The notes below the pieces were generated by a model. The model did not search any database and was not told the DNA's origin. It was given only the letters and a program-made list of their open reading frames with translations. This document shows, piece after piece, positions 47,098 to 60,626 of a DNA stretch of 64,000 bases. The stretch's first letter is position 1, and every line of letters begins with the position of its first letter. This DNA comes from Phyllosticta citribraziliensis (taxonomy: Eukaryota), in assembly GCF_038025025.1 (NCBI RefSeq), contig NW_027117350.1:372001-436000 (forward strand), written 5' to 3'. The position numbers and the translations under genes were made by a program.

Positions 47098-50000
47098 GGT
47101 GGTGAAAGGAATGTTTTTTTCGTAAGGAATGAAGCGAGTATCCGGCAGGCTCAGCCTGTATCAGCAAAGAATGTCTGAAAAAGGAAAGTGTGAGGTCGTG
47201 TCCTCTGCGAAGCATGGTTAGGTGCAAGATGTGCATCGTTGCTATTATATCTCCCCTCACGCAGGGCAAGAAATTGGGCTGATCGGGAAAACGTCATGTC
47301 AAACCAGGCTTCCGGGTAGCCGCCGTCCGCTGCATTGACGGGATGTGCCCAGAATTATTACAGGAGGGATTCTGACTTTCGAAGGGTCGCTGTTTCACCT
47401 TAAAGACAAACAAGATGCGCGCATGCCTATTTTGTCAGGAACGCAATCCGACTTCACACAGGCTATTTTGCCCAGGCTCAACACGAGGTTTTGGCTCATA
47501 TACGACTTGCTCTTCGATGAGGCGTGAGATCGTTCGGGCTGAGCGTCGACACAACCATCTCGTTGTCGGAAAAGAAGGACCGGCGTTACGGCATCAGTGG
47601 CGCAAGCAACAGTCAACCTCATTTACACATCGCACGTTTTTTTTTTTTGGACGGCTTCGCTGTCGATGCACTTCGAGGGTCCAAAGCAAGCCGCTCAACT
47701 TCCCGACTGCTCTCTCCTATTTTCACCGCGAGAAGAATCGAGGAGTTGTGGCAAATTTCACATCCGCGTAGGGCCGTGTCCATTTAGAGTTGCAAACCCC
47801 CGGTTTCAGGAACACCCCCACATTGCCAGAGGAGGAAACTTCATGGACATGACACGCCAGGGTTTGGTGGCCCACCAGCCCAGGGCGGAGACAGCCATCG
47901 TCGGTCGACAACCCCGCGATAACCCCGTTCAACGACAAAGGGTTCATGGACATTCGATCCCTGGGAGACGCCACTTTTGCCTTTGTGGCAGTGACTAAAA
48001 AAGTCAACAAGGTGTGGAAAATTCAGCCGCAGTCGTTGAAACGTCGCGCATGTCAGACATTCTCGCCGTTGGTTCCAGAACTTCTTTCAACGTCGGCGGC
48101 GCCTCTGCTGACCTCACGATGCTACTTGTGACCGCTTCACGGTCCAGCCCACGGCGATTTGATGCCGGTCTTAGGAGAACTTTATTGCTAAGAACCTTAG
48201 TTCTCGGTTAGCTATGCTTAAAGTCGCGCGGCGATTTCTGATATTACGATGGGGTTGCCTGACCAGCGTACCAGGTATGCCACAATTGCATGCACAACAC
48301 AACCACGGTAATTGCTAACTAAAGAGCTAGCGTCCTTCTTGTTAGCCATCTACAGTGGTAGGTAACGTTATTAGAAAATTCAAGCTAAACTCCGCTTTAG
48401 AGAATTAGCTGTGTGCCGTTGCTGCTCTTTACTTGCAGACGAGGCAGCAGAAAGAGTCCTCACACTGTGGCAACAGTTCCACGACCCCAACGCCAGTGGC
48501 TGGACGCTCAAACACAAGCGCTCGCGCAAGGCTGCGGGATTCCCCCCGATCCACAAATCTCTCGCACAACGATGACATGTCACTCGACGAAAGGCCTGAA
48601 GAACTCAAAGCAGCGACGAGTCATGGAATGCAGGCACATCGAGCTAAAAAGTCATGGTTTTGTCGCCATTGTTTCCCAAGTGTTACAGCATTCCCAATAG
48701 TGAGTGGCCAATGAAATGCACAAGTGTCTCGGATATATCAGATAATAGCTACAGCAGGCTTGCAAAATAGCAATATAGGACAGAAGTTTACCGCAAATCT
48801 GATTCGGATGCAAGCCGAAAGAGCCGCAAGCACGCACGAGCCGGAGAGCGTGACAGTATCCCGATTATGCTCGCGGCATGGGGCCTCGCAACGATGCATC
48901 TCCGAAATTTAGCGCAGGCACGGATGAAGACCATACTTCGTGGCTGAAGAGCGCCAGGTCTGCATGGCCCACCTTCGATCAGGAAGATGAAGTCAAATTC
49001 TGTAGAGCGGACCGAAGAAACAAACGGGCCAAGAACGCCCACTCCGGCTACCGCAGGACGCTGGCCTGGGCTGTCTGCTCGTTCGCGGAACTTGGTGTCC
49101 TTCCTAAATATCCGAAAGCCGCGCCTGTCATTTGACACCGCGCGGGACGACACAGACTTCAGTCAAGCTCTGTCCCCTTTCCCAACGACCGGGCACGCGC
49201 TCTGCCTTACAAGGCAAAATGGGCCTGATGAATCGTCTTTACCAGCGGCTTGCTCGGACACTTGGCACGTTGCGCTTGAACTCGGAGATAAAGCTTTTCC
49301 CCAGGGTGAATGCGATTCGGATTCGCAAAAACGGTTTGCGTTTTGTTTACCTGCACTGAATCGACCAATCCTAACGTTTGATTGGGAGAGGAGGCGATGG
49401 TTTGAACTCCAGAATCACGAGCCTGAGGCGCAGTGTTGGAAGTTTCGTCGTTGTGATGAAACTGGAAAGCGTTGGATGGTCGCCCGTTCATTCTGCAGCG
49501 CTCTGGTTTCCCTGTCGCTCGACGGACGGTGGCTGGATGGGACTCGCCGGGAAACTCGCGGCGCAAGAACTCCACTTTTGCTTTCACCGGCATGGTGGAG
49601 ACCTTGGTTTCTGTCCCTCGAATCGTGTCCTTAGGCATTGTTTTGGGCATCTGTTTGCCGACGCACACCATCGCTGACTCCGATTTGCTGTCGTATGCTT
49701 TCGGGCGCGACTATTTCACTATTTTTACTTGGCAACTAAGGTTCTGAAGACAGGTACCTTGAAAGCAAAGTGTTTCCCCTCTGCCGCGAAGTAACTTTCA
49801 AGACTCGAGCCAACGATCGATCGTCTTGGAGGCTTGCGCGGCACTGCGACCTACACCATATTGACTATCACGACTGGCACTCTCTGCTTGAGCATGGCAC
49901 CCGGCTTATAATTGGCAGATTCTAGTCAGCCTATTCGTGAAAGCTGCCGAACTAACTTCTGTTTTGTCCCTGGGTCTTGTAGGTCGGGATTGTCAGGCCA

Positions 50001-51830
50001 ACTTCTCGTGGAGTAAGGACTTCTCTACATTGCAAAGCCATGCTTACTACACACGCCTTGGAGACTAAGAAACAGGAGTCCAGCAGTCCATGAAGCGGAG
50101 ATATGTGTTGCATCCAAAGTAACACTGTGGCCTGCACTCTTGTTGTCGCAGTTTTCTTGCCTTTGGCGGCGAGGCGGCCTTTCGCCTCTCTCGCTCTCCG
50201 AATTTCCGCTCGCAAAGACTTCGCCTCATTCATGCCTCTCTCGACTCGCATGGGCGACGTTTGAATCAGAGACTCTGTCTCACCATCTTACGCAAGTATA
50301 TTCCGACGTTTGTAAGCCGTCTTCACGCGGCTTCTTCGCATCAGTCTGCGATGACGCAAAACTGATTCAGGAGGCCAATTTTCCAGGCTTTCCCCCACGC
50401 CTGTGAAACAAAAGAGTAGTCCAGCGACAAATGCAAGTGCTTGTGGGTCTCGATCGAGTTCCGCAGTGTTTCAACTATCTGAGAAAACGCGCGTTCAATT
50501 GGCTTGATGATCGCCACGAGCAGTTCCTGCTTTCTCTCTACAACACCGGGGACATGCTTGAGCAAAAGCATTTGGACGCAGGCGTGATCAAACGGCCGCT
50601 ACGGGTCAACATGGCAAGGGAAGGTGATGGGAGGTGAGTGTGATGTGGACTGCGAGAGATTGCCGGATTGCTGACCTTCCCAATTTTTTTGCCACAGCGC
50701 CGAGAGCATTAGATGCTTCGGGTTGTCTTGTTTGTGAAAGTCGAAATCGCTGCGCCTTATCAAACAGAACAGCAGGCAGTTCTTCTACAGTCCAGGCCTT
50801 CCAGGTGTTTAAATGGTGTCATTGCCAGAAACTTACCTGAACCGTTGCGAAGTCGCGCACCTCGGTCTCTACCACTCTAGCAATCGCCTTTGCTTCGTCT
50901 ATTTGAATTTGACTGCGTGGAGTCGAAGAAGCTGGCAGACGCCATTTGAACGATCCATTAATGTTCCTCGCCTTCAGAAACACCCAGTCCATGTTGCTGT
51001 CAAGTGTACAAGCAGGAATGAGTCGCGTACGCTACCGCATTCTTCACTCACAGCAAATCCAAATTTGGTTCATCGAGTTCATGTGCATCAGCTCCAGCAA
51101 TTCGGACCTCAATACTGAATCCGAATTGACCACCGGAGAGATTCCATCGCTCGCTCGCAAATCTTGCGACAGCCTGTGATAGATTTTCAGGGTGTTCAAG
51201 CAGCCACTGGACATTCAACAGTTACCTCACCTCACCCGCGTTACCAGAACAAGGAAGTCGATGCATCTAGGGGAAAACGCGCATCTCCCTCGGCCAACCT
51301 TGTGTTCCCAGTCTTTTATGATATGCAAGTCGAACTCGCTTGGGCTTTTCCATCACTTGATGTCTGCGCCGACCAGTTGCACCTGGTCAGTCCACGATTG
51401 CATCCAGGCTAGCGACGTTCGGGAGCGGCCCGAAGCGTTCATTATCGCAACAGTTTCGACCTAGTCATTCTCTTCAGAGCGGCATCTAGCACGACTAATA
51501 TTGCTGGTTCTCGTGAGATTTCCGATGATGGCTTTGGTGGAAATTGAGCGCGATGCTAATAAAACCCCTTGTCATCGCAAACGCAGTCCTGGAATTGGTA
51601 CAACTCTTATATCCTACTGGAAGGTAGGTTTTTTTTGGATAAGGCTTCCTACAGTCATTTCTTGAAGTTCGTGTTTCCTGCAGGAGGCCGTGGAGCGTTC
51701 CAGTCCTTTCCGCCCAGCGGCGAAGTCCATGGCAAGTACCTTCACATTACACACTGGCGATGAGCCGCAGCCTCATGGAACGTTACGCGCATTAAGATTG
51801 AACCTGACATTGCCTGGAGAGACAGGATGA

Positions 51831-53751
51831 TTACACAGTAAAAGGTTTACCCACAGCCACTTCTCCGATTTTGTGCACCTCGCTCTCATTACCCTGGGTG
51901 CTTCCATCCGGGCTCTTGTCCCCTCCATGAATCATTTCCGCGACACCTTCCAGGACGAACGGCGAGCGACCCCGTTGCCGTTCAGCCGGGAAAATGGCGT
52001 GAAGAGCCGCATGCGCCGTCAAAGCCATGAAGAAACCATAAAAATAGGAAATCTCGTAAATCTTATCCCATCCGTTCCCTGAAGAAGTCTTTTGGATTGC
52101 ACGCGCGAAGCCGGCTGTAATAGAGAAGGTCAGTAATCGCAAATCGAAGCGAACTTTGTTGAGCCGGAAAGGATGAACTCACGCAGAAGGGGAGCCATTC
52201 CGAGGATCCAGGCTGTGAATGCGCGGAAATTGAAGCCATGCCAGTACCAGTAACAGCTGTTCTTATTGCCCATGTACATGTCCCCAATGTGGTATTCGCC
52301 GAAGCGCACCAAGAAATAGTCGCTAATAACTATGCCAGTCATTGGGCTGAGGAAGACACTCCAGCCACTAAGAACAGTGATGAATGTTCCGGGGTTGACG
52401 ACGTAGTTCCAGGGGCAGATGGCGATAGCGATGACCGTGAGGATGTAGCACCCTCGACGGATGTTGATCCACCTGCTCCACGTTAGTTCCATGCGGTTTT
52501 TGGTGTTTGACCGATTCAGGAGAATCTCGAAATCACTCACTTGGGACACAACGCCGCCATGTCCATGCCCGTAGATATACCGTTCAACATCTGGCACAAC
52601 CTGCATTTCGTCAGTAATAAAAAAACACCAAATTTAAGGGGAGAACATACGCAAGTTGGCTGACCAAGAATCCAAGGCCCGCAAAAAACGTTCCAGCCCT
52701 CTGCGCACTGCCGCTAGGATCGCGCAGCTGAATCTCCAAGAGCAGTTCAAACGGATTCCAAATATACTCGCCGTAAACCGTCGCTGCGGCCGAAGTGATC
52801 AAGATTCCACACACAGCCGTGACGGTAATCAATATAGTCGCGCAAAACAGCTGGCCAAAGAGCGCAGAGTTGGGAGTTCGCGCATATCTCGTCCAGTCCG
52901 ATTGGCCCAAGCATCCAGACGCTTGCGAGCCGATGATTGATTGCAGGCCAAATATCGCGTTCCAGCTCAGCGTGGAGCCATGCTTGGTGGAGCCGGTGTA
53001 GAACAGTTCGCCAGGCCCGCCTGCTGCATGGACTGCCCAGCCGAGCATCCCAAACATTGTGAGAGTGATCATGATGAAGGTAATGCGGAACGGGAGCTGC
53101 AGCTTTTCAGGGGGTATCATTGGGAGGGGCAGGAAAATGACAATGAAGACGAAGAAGCTGATGCAGCTGGCAGTGTCGAGATTTGCGCCGGCGGGTAGAG
53201 TATTCTTTATGTGAATGAATTTGGGCCCGATCAGAGCGCGGAGGATGATTTTGACGGCTTGACCACCCCAATACGCCTACAGAGAAATCAGATTTTCTTC
53301 ACATGTCAAATTGCAGGAATCTTACTTGGATACCCATCCACACGCAGGCAGTCATTATGCGATTGAGGACTGGCCAAAAGCCGCCGCGCATTCCCCACGA
53401 AGCTCTGCAAAGCACAGTGAATCCGAGGTATAAGTGACTGCCAGGCCAACCAGCCAAAACTGCAAGCAGAGCCGAAAGAATGCCAACACCAACCATGACA
53501 CCTATCGATTGCGACACTGACAGACCGAGAGACAGCAAAGTTGACCCGGCAGTCCAGGCGGTCGTGTTAATGCCGGCAATGGTCCAGTATCCAGCGTAGC
53601 CTTGCCAAGTCCATGTTCGTCTGTCCTCGGGCATGGGAATCAAATCTCGATTGACCCAGTACGTATTGACGTAGTTGGAGTTTTCATCGACTGGGCATTC
53701 GAGCCTCTTGGCCCAATATTCCACACGCTCATTGTCAACCCGCGGCGACAT
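51831..53751 (-). CDS. NCS1-family nucleobase:cation symporter (Fur4/Dal4-type; uracil/allantoin/related substrate), ~561 aa; exons 53751-53326, 53276-52651, 52600-52541, 52472-52183, 52114-51831
   Basis: Motifs NRDLIP...RRTWTW, RASWGMRG, WMGIQAYWGG, QSDWTRYA, WNP, WINIRRG, PW and SVFLSPMTGIVISDYFLVR. Four in-phase GT-AG introns. Confidence 0.93.
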
Positions 53752-54192
53752 GGCTCTTGGCTTTGTTTTGTTTCCCCACGATTCACTCAGAATGAGCCCT
53801 TGGATGGAAATTAATCGGAGATTGCAAGTGGATAGTCGCGCAAATCGAGAGAAGACGAGATATTAGAAGAATGCGGTGGCGGAGGTTGCGAAGAGGTCGA
53901 GCATTCGCAGAACCGTTTTCCTGATTAGGTTAGCGTTTCGCGCTTGTGCGACAACATCAGTGGCTCCACAAGTTGCGACACTCACTCTTTGTTCCGACAC
54001 GCGCTTCTGGACCTGTCTTTGTCAACCTCGCTCGTCGCGAGACAACGAAGCAACTTCTAATATCCTTGAGCGACCAGGACTTTGTATATATCTCTCTCAA
54101 CAAAACGGCTCTCGCGCGGACGAGCTGATATACGGAAAACTCCAGGCCCGGCCGGTGGGCAGAACGCTGAGCCGAGTGAAGCATGCGAGTCA

Positions 54193-54539
54193 TCGTGATA
54201 AGAGATGATGGGCTCAAAGGAGCGCGCAGATCCAGTCTCGAAAGCGTATCGCGGGAGACCACCAGTCAGAGCGGCGACCCCGCGTTCGGTATCCCCTCAA
54301 GAGTGGGGCAACATCAGCATACAGACGCCGTTTGGAGCAACTGAGGTCGGCGCCGACGGTCCCGTTCCATGGCCAAGCATCAGCTCGCCAATGAATGGGC
54401 TATCTTTGTCGCGAGCCGCATCTGATCAGGAAGCAGAACGTGTCGTGATAAGGTTGCTCTCACTGGCGCGAAGGGCGCGTGCCGAGCTTGTAAGTCGGAG
54501 AATCGCGTCGGACCCGGTCAGGGTGGCAGAGATGATAAA
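54193..54539. promoter_or_regulatory. GATA (AreA-type HGATAR) sites in the divergent NCS1/dioxygenase promoter
   Basis: TCGTGATAAG occurs twice (54193-54202 and 54443-54452), and TGATAAA at 54533. Confidence 0.4.
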
Positions 54540-54592
54540 GTCTGTACTGACGGACAGCTGCGCGTGCGGTAGAGCGCCATCAAAGAGACAAG

Positions 54593-55866
54593 ATGACCGC
54601 AGACGAAAACTCCATCCCCATTGTGGATTTCAGTCGCTGGGAAAAGGCCTCGTCCGAAGAAAAGAAGGCGCTTGCCAAAGAACTAACGGACGCTTGCATA
54701 AGAGTTGGGTTTGTGTACGTCGTCAACCATGGAATTCCGGACGAGATGCTAGATGAAGCTTTTGGATGGTCCAAGAAGTTGTTCGACCTACCCGAGGAAA
54801 GGAAGATGCTCGCGCCGCATCCCCCTGGTCCCAATGTTCACCGCGGGTACTCCTGGCCCGGCCTCGAAAAGGTTTCGCAATACATTCACAAAGACGAAGA
54901 CGGCGATGCGGACGCGAAGGATGAAGAACTGCGAAAAGTTGGTGACGTCAAGGTAAGCAGGGATGAAGCTTTTGCGACCCATGCCATCCTCTTTACCCCT
55001 GACCCCCTGCCATACCCAAATTGCTCATCCTCACCAGGAAAGCTATGAAATCGGCAGCGACAACTGCCCCAACATGCCCAATGTATGGCTGCCAGATGAA
55101 GTCCTCCCAGGCTTCCGGCCCTTCATGACGGAATTCTACTGGCAGTGCTACGGCACCGCTCAAGAGCTGCTGCGCGCTCTCGCCATTGGAATCGGTCTCG
55201 ACGACCCAGACTTCCTGCTCAAGTTTCACGACGGCCACAACAACCAGCTGCGCTTGCTGCACTATCCCCCAGTCGAGGCGGAGAAGCTGGCCTCTGACGC
55301 GATTGCCCGCATGCCTGCGTGAGTCTGGCCCCCGTATGAGTGTGGTGTATGCTGACACGCTTCAAGACACACGGACTGGGGCTCAATAACCATGCTCTTC
55401 CAAGACGACTGCGGCGGCTTGCAAGTCGAGCACCCGCGCAAGCCAGGCATCTTCATGAATGCGCCGACTGTGCGAAACGCCATCTGCATGAACGTTGGCG
55501 ATCTGCTGATGCGGTGGAGCAACGGTGCGCCTGCCCCATTCCCTCCTCCCTCCTCTTCTGACATCATTCCACTAACACCCCATCTCTGTTGCCGCAGACT
55601 TCCTCAAATCAACACTCCACCGCGTAACGTCGCCGCCAGTTTCAAGCAAGACGCTTGACGGCAAGAGCATGACGCGCGCGCGTTACTCGATCCCGTACTT
55701 TGTGAGCCCCAACCCGGATGCCGTGATCGAGTGTCTGCCCGCATGTACGGATCAGAAAAATCCGGTCAAGTACGGGCCGGTGGTGCAGGAGGAGTACCGC
55801 AGGATGAGGGCCAAGTTGCAGTATTCGGAGAAGCAGCCTGCGCCGAAGACCGTATCAGTGGCGTAA
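54593..55866 (+). CDS. 2-oxoglutarate/Fe(II) dioxygenase (IPNS/thymine-7-hydroxylase-like clade), ~355 aa; exons 54593-54952, 55038-55318, 55367-55524, 55598-55866
   Basis: IPIVDF, GFVYVVNHG, HRGYS..G.EKV, KESYEIG, LRLLHYP, HTDWG (HxD), STLHRV (distal His) and RYS (2OG-binding RxS). Confidence 0.94.
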
Positions 55867-56367
55867 CGAAGCGGCGTTGCGGGAATGGGTGCGGCGAATT
55901 TCTTGAGTCTTGGTTAGATCGCATTACCTCAGACTGCCGTGCATCTCTTGTTATCAGTTGGAGACCAGGTCATTGATTGGAGATCAGGAGCCACACATCA
56001 GGCACAGAAAGTAAATGGGACCCCCTGGCGATGTGGCTGCGTGCCGGAAGCGTTCATGCGATGCAATAGTTGCACTCAGGGAACTGTCAGCCGCCATGAC
56101 AGCCGCGCTGGGCGATGGATATCATTCCGAGGGCGGTCATCAAGACGCTTTTTCTCCAGTCTTTGGTGCGAATGAAAGCTCTTCAGACTCCGGAGGCGTC
56201 GTTGTCCATGACAAATGAACCAACAATCAACACGCAAGGAATCGTAACTCCCTGGCCGCAAAAGGGTATGATTTCTGCCCATTTCTACAAATATTAGCAA
56301 AGAGCCCGGACGTATCCCACCAACCCGGTGAGTGCGTGAAGCACCACACTTGCCGCCCATTCTCTCC

Positions 56368-58367
56368 TCACGCAAGCCAAAACCAAAACTTCTCGAGCCA
56401 ATTCCTTGGGCGCCTCTCCGGCCACTCCTGCGCATCCAACGCCGCCTTGCCACTCCAAATGTCCGCCTCGGCCGCCTTGACAAAAGGATCGCGCTTCAAA
56501 ATCTTCCAAAACAGCCAGAGGCCGGCAAAGATGGGGATGCCAATGTACGCCGTGATGAAGTCATCAATGAGCCAGTTGCCGTTCGTGAAGACCGCAAAGC
56601 CGTTGAAGAAGATGATGATGAGGAAGTAGGCGAGGGTAGCGTAGGCGAGGTAGGGTTGGCCGCGCGAGCGGAAGATGAGCGAACTGCGGTCGACATTTTG
56701 CGCGATGAGCGCGGAGCGGAAGCGAAGGTACGACACGAGGATGGCGCACCACGAACACAGCTGCGAGATGGTGGTGAGGTTTTGGAACCACTGGAAGACG
56801 GTGTCGGCGCCGGAGGACACGCTCATGTAGGTAAGGAGCGAGATGGAAGCCGTGATGCCCACGCAGTAGTAGGGCACGCCTGTGTTGCTGCACTTGAGCA
56901 GGAAGCGCGGGGCTTGCCTGTTCTGTGCCAACGCGAAGAGGTAGCGGGAGCCGGTGAAGAGAAAGGCGTTGGCGGACGAAGAGGCGGATGTGAGGATCAC
57001 AGCGTTGATAATGGAGGGGAGCGCGCTGATACCTGCTCGATTTATGGCGATGACCCAGGGCTAGGAAACGTGTCAGCCGTGGCCTAAGGAGCGTTCATGA
57101 CCTGCCACAGGGAGCAGTCATTCCACAGCCAGGAAGCTGCCACATAATCAAAGACCAAAACACAACTTACTGATTGGGCAGCACCAACGGCATGTTTGTC
57201 GAGGAGATGCGGGTCGTCGTACGGCACAAGAACGCCGATGGCGAGAGAGCCAAGGACGTAGAAGAACAGGATACGCCAAAAAACGCGGCGGACAGCCTTG
57301 GGAATGTTGACGTGCGGGTTCTCAGCCTCTCCTGCAGCCACAGCGACCATTTCAACGCCGCCATACGAGAAGGCGGCGTTGACCAAGGTCGCAAAGAGTC
57401 CAAGGAAGCGACCTGTGGAACCCGATCCAATGTACTCCTTCATCGCGCCAGGACTGTTCCAGTAACGGAATCCAAGACGGCCTTGCTTGCCGGCGCCCAG
57501 GTCAATACAAAGGGCCATGATCAAGAGCCCTATGATTGTTATGATTTTGATGCTGGCAAAGATGAACTCGGCCTCGCCGTATATAGCAACCGCGAAGATG
57601 TTGAGCACCACGATGAGGACGATGATCATTGTGATCCAGGCAGCTTGATTGATCTCGTCGTTCCAGAACCCAATGACAACGGCGGCAGCGGAGATTTCAG
57701 CTGGGGAAGTCAGTCGAAATTCGTGCACCATCCCCCATTACGAGAATTCTTCTTCAAAAGCTGCCACGCATGTACGCTCTGGGCACTTACCACATAGTGT
57801 GATTGAACTTTGATACCAAGTGTTCCAACCAACGGCAAATCCAAAGGCCGGATCGACATAGCGAGCACAATACTGGGGCAAAGCGCCCGGTAGAGGCAAC
57901 CACGTCGCCATCTCGCCGAGACACTGCATCATGCCAAACACGGCGAGACCGGTGAAGGTGTAACCCAACAGGACGGAGAGAGGACCAGAAGTTGCAAACG
58001 CTTTGCCAATGCCGAGGAAGAGACCGGTGCCAATAGTACCGCCAACTGGGAGGCTTCATCAATTGGCGACTATGGAATGTGAAGGCGTGACTTACGGGCG
58101 ATGAACTGTATGTGTCGAGATTTCAATCTGACTTCTTTTCAGCACCTGGCATTCAATTTTTCCCCGAGAGCATTCGAGGTCAACATACCCGCGATGCACA
58201 TAGCCAAACTCTTCTGCGGTCTGGACATCACCGTACAGGTCCGCTGCCTCGCCAGTGTGGTATCCCTTGTTCTGCACGAGGTCTCGAACATCTTTCTTGT
58301 GGTCGTCATATCCAGAAGACCCAATGGGCCCATCGCCAACAAAGTGGACGTCTTTCTCGCTCCCCAT
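56368..58367 (-). CDS. Yeast amino-acid transporter (APC/YAT) family permease, proline permease Put4/PrnB-like, ~562 aa; exons 58367-58189, 58127-58096, 58045-57791, 57700-57171, 57060-56368
   Basis: RGLKSRHIQFIALGGTIGTGLF, LGEMATWLP, GFAVGWN, YGEAEF, GFRYW, GEAENP...IPKAV and SPWVIA. Four in-phase introns. Confidence 0.94.
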
Positions 58368-60626
58368 CTTGTTTAGGCACCGGGGGATGTTTCCAAAAGT
58401 TGGAGGTGAGGGCGGAGCGGAAAAGAAACGGCAAGACTTGACGGCACGAGACGGGGGTCCGACTATCGCGCAAAGCTAAAGAGCCTACTCCCCTTATCAA
58501 ACGTAGTTGAGGAAGATATCGCCGTTGACTTGTGTCAACTTGTCACAGACGTCGATGGTAAAGACGATAGCCGAGACTCTGCAGGCAGGTCATGTAGAGG
58601 AAGGTGTCATGGCTTCCTATATACAATGTCAGTCAGCCCTCGACTTCCCAAAAAGAGCGCTTGCTAGTAATCACCTGTCCAATCTACGCCTATATCGACT
58701 GTTCCCTGCCTGCTGTCCGAGTCAGACAGCGACATCACAACCTTTCTCCTCACCTTCCATCCACACCGACGGAAAAATGCTCCATGTTTCCTCCACCCTC
58801 CACCCCCCACGTCCCGCCGCTTGGCCCAACCGGGGAAGCGCCCGTAACACAGCAGAGCTGAGCGCAGGATGCGCCGGGGCAGAAAATTTCACCGTTATTC
58901 CGCCTTGTCGCGAGACATATTGGCAGGCACCATGAGTGTTGTACAGCACGCGGGCTCGCAAATAGGCAAGCGAGGCAGAAAGGCGTACGAGTGGCTGTGA
59001 TTCTAGACAGGTTGCAACCAACAGCAGCAAACACACCGGGCTGTGTAGTGTGCGACGCTGGGTGTGCTCGTAGGCTGACTGTTACGCGGAGAAGCGACCG
59101 TGCAGACCACATACCACACTCTCTGTTGTCGTTCGTTCTCGGATCTGGTCTCGATGTGGCGCCAAGGCTGCGAACCGGCCTATTTGACGGCCGTGGCTGC
59201 GGCTTGCTGTGAACAAGCTTTGCAGAGATAGACGTGGCAGCCAGTCAGGCTGCGGTGTCTGCACTGAGAATACGCCCGCTGCCTGCCGCCCGGCAAAAAA
59301 AGGAGTAGTCGCGAAAACCCAAATATGGTCTGGGCTAGATTGAAAAAGGCAGGTTGCGTGCTCGCCGGAACGATGCGGTTGGGAACGGAACATTGCGATG
59401 AGCTGCGTCAAAAACGAGAGCTTAGATAGTGGCTGTTGCTGTCGTTGGACGCGTTTGCTTTCGCACCTTGTCAAGCGTCAACGCTTCTACAGCCAGGCCA
59501 ACTCGTGTCGACTGATCCGAAGTTTGATATCGAGTCTGCTGGGCCGACGATGCTGTGGTGTCTGCAGCGCGCGCGGCTGTCTGGCTGCATCATGCAGTTT
59601 GATCCTGTCACCCAACGCGAGATTCGATCAAGACAGCGATGTAATTCCAGAAAAAGTCAATTGGGAGCATACGCCGCACCAGCCGCGGCAACGCCAGAGT
59701 TGGAAAATTTGCACGCGGAGTTGCGGTGGACAAGTTTCAAGAAGAGGCGGGTGGCTTGGATGGGAGACTTCTAGAACCCTGTGTCGATTCAGTGTTACTC
59801 GTGTGCAGAGATGGCGATACGTTACCATTTTCGTCCGCCTTGCCTAGGTACATTTTCTCTCCTTTGTGCAGCCTTCTCGAACAGCGTCAGGACTATTGAT
59901 TCGTGGAGGCACCAGGAATTGACTTCAGCCGCACTGCTGCTCTCGCGATCAGACCCCAATCGCGAATGCTCTATGATTCCGCCAAGGCAGAGTGGGGAGA
60001 TTTAGTGTGGTGGTACGCTCGGAAAGTTGATCCAAGATAGACCCCGCGGATGGTCACGCGGTTTGTCAATGACGGGAATTTTCCAGGTTGCCTATTCAAT
60101 CTCACGGTGCACTAGCTCTTGAAAGCACTGCATATGCCTGCTCAGTGGTCAGATGCTGTTGAAATTTCGCCTTGCTGGAAATCGGTTTCTCAACTCCTTC
60201 AACACGCCAAATTCGCAAGGTGGCTGGATGCCGAGCGACATCAAGAGCGGTCACTCGAACACCCATCCCGAAACCGATTGCTTCTCCTTTCGACTTGAGC
60301 ACAAGGGCCAGGGGCACATTGAAGTATGACGTGCAGAGTGCGACAAGACAAGAGACCATCGAGCAAAGGCGGAAGGTTGTACCGAAATCTGTTGATTACA
60401 TCCAGTCAGTCAGCTGGGATATCGACCACAAGAGGCCGTAAATGCCTTCAACGCCATGTATGAGCACAGTTCCCCCATTCACCCAGTGTCGAAAACGCCT
60501 CTAGTTCCATCGTGCGAATGGATGCAATCCCAACCTAAACTCCAGATGATACAACCGCGTTGCACACAAAAAGGCCGTTTTCATCGATCAGTGTCGAACA
60601 CGGAAATCCAATTTGAGACGCATACG

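Noticed and set aside
49281..49350. NPNRIHPGEKLYL resembles the C-terminal half of a LysM motif (minus strand)
   Set aside because: The N-terminal GDTL/helix part is missing and there is no signal peptide or gene structure.
53752..54592. TPP riboswitch or UaY site upstream of the NCS1 permease
   Set aside because: No CTGAGA...ATACC...GATAA aptamer core and no TCGG-N6-CCGA found.
60102..60400. Minus-strand ORF with AIGFGMGVRVTALD, dehydrogenase-like
   Set aside because: No GxGxxG or further similarity, and it lies just downstream of SNF4.
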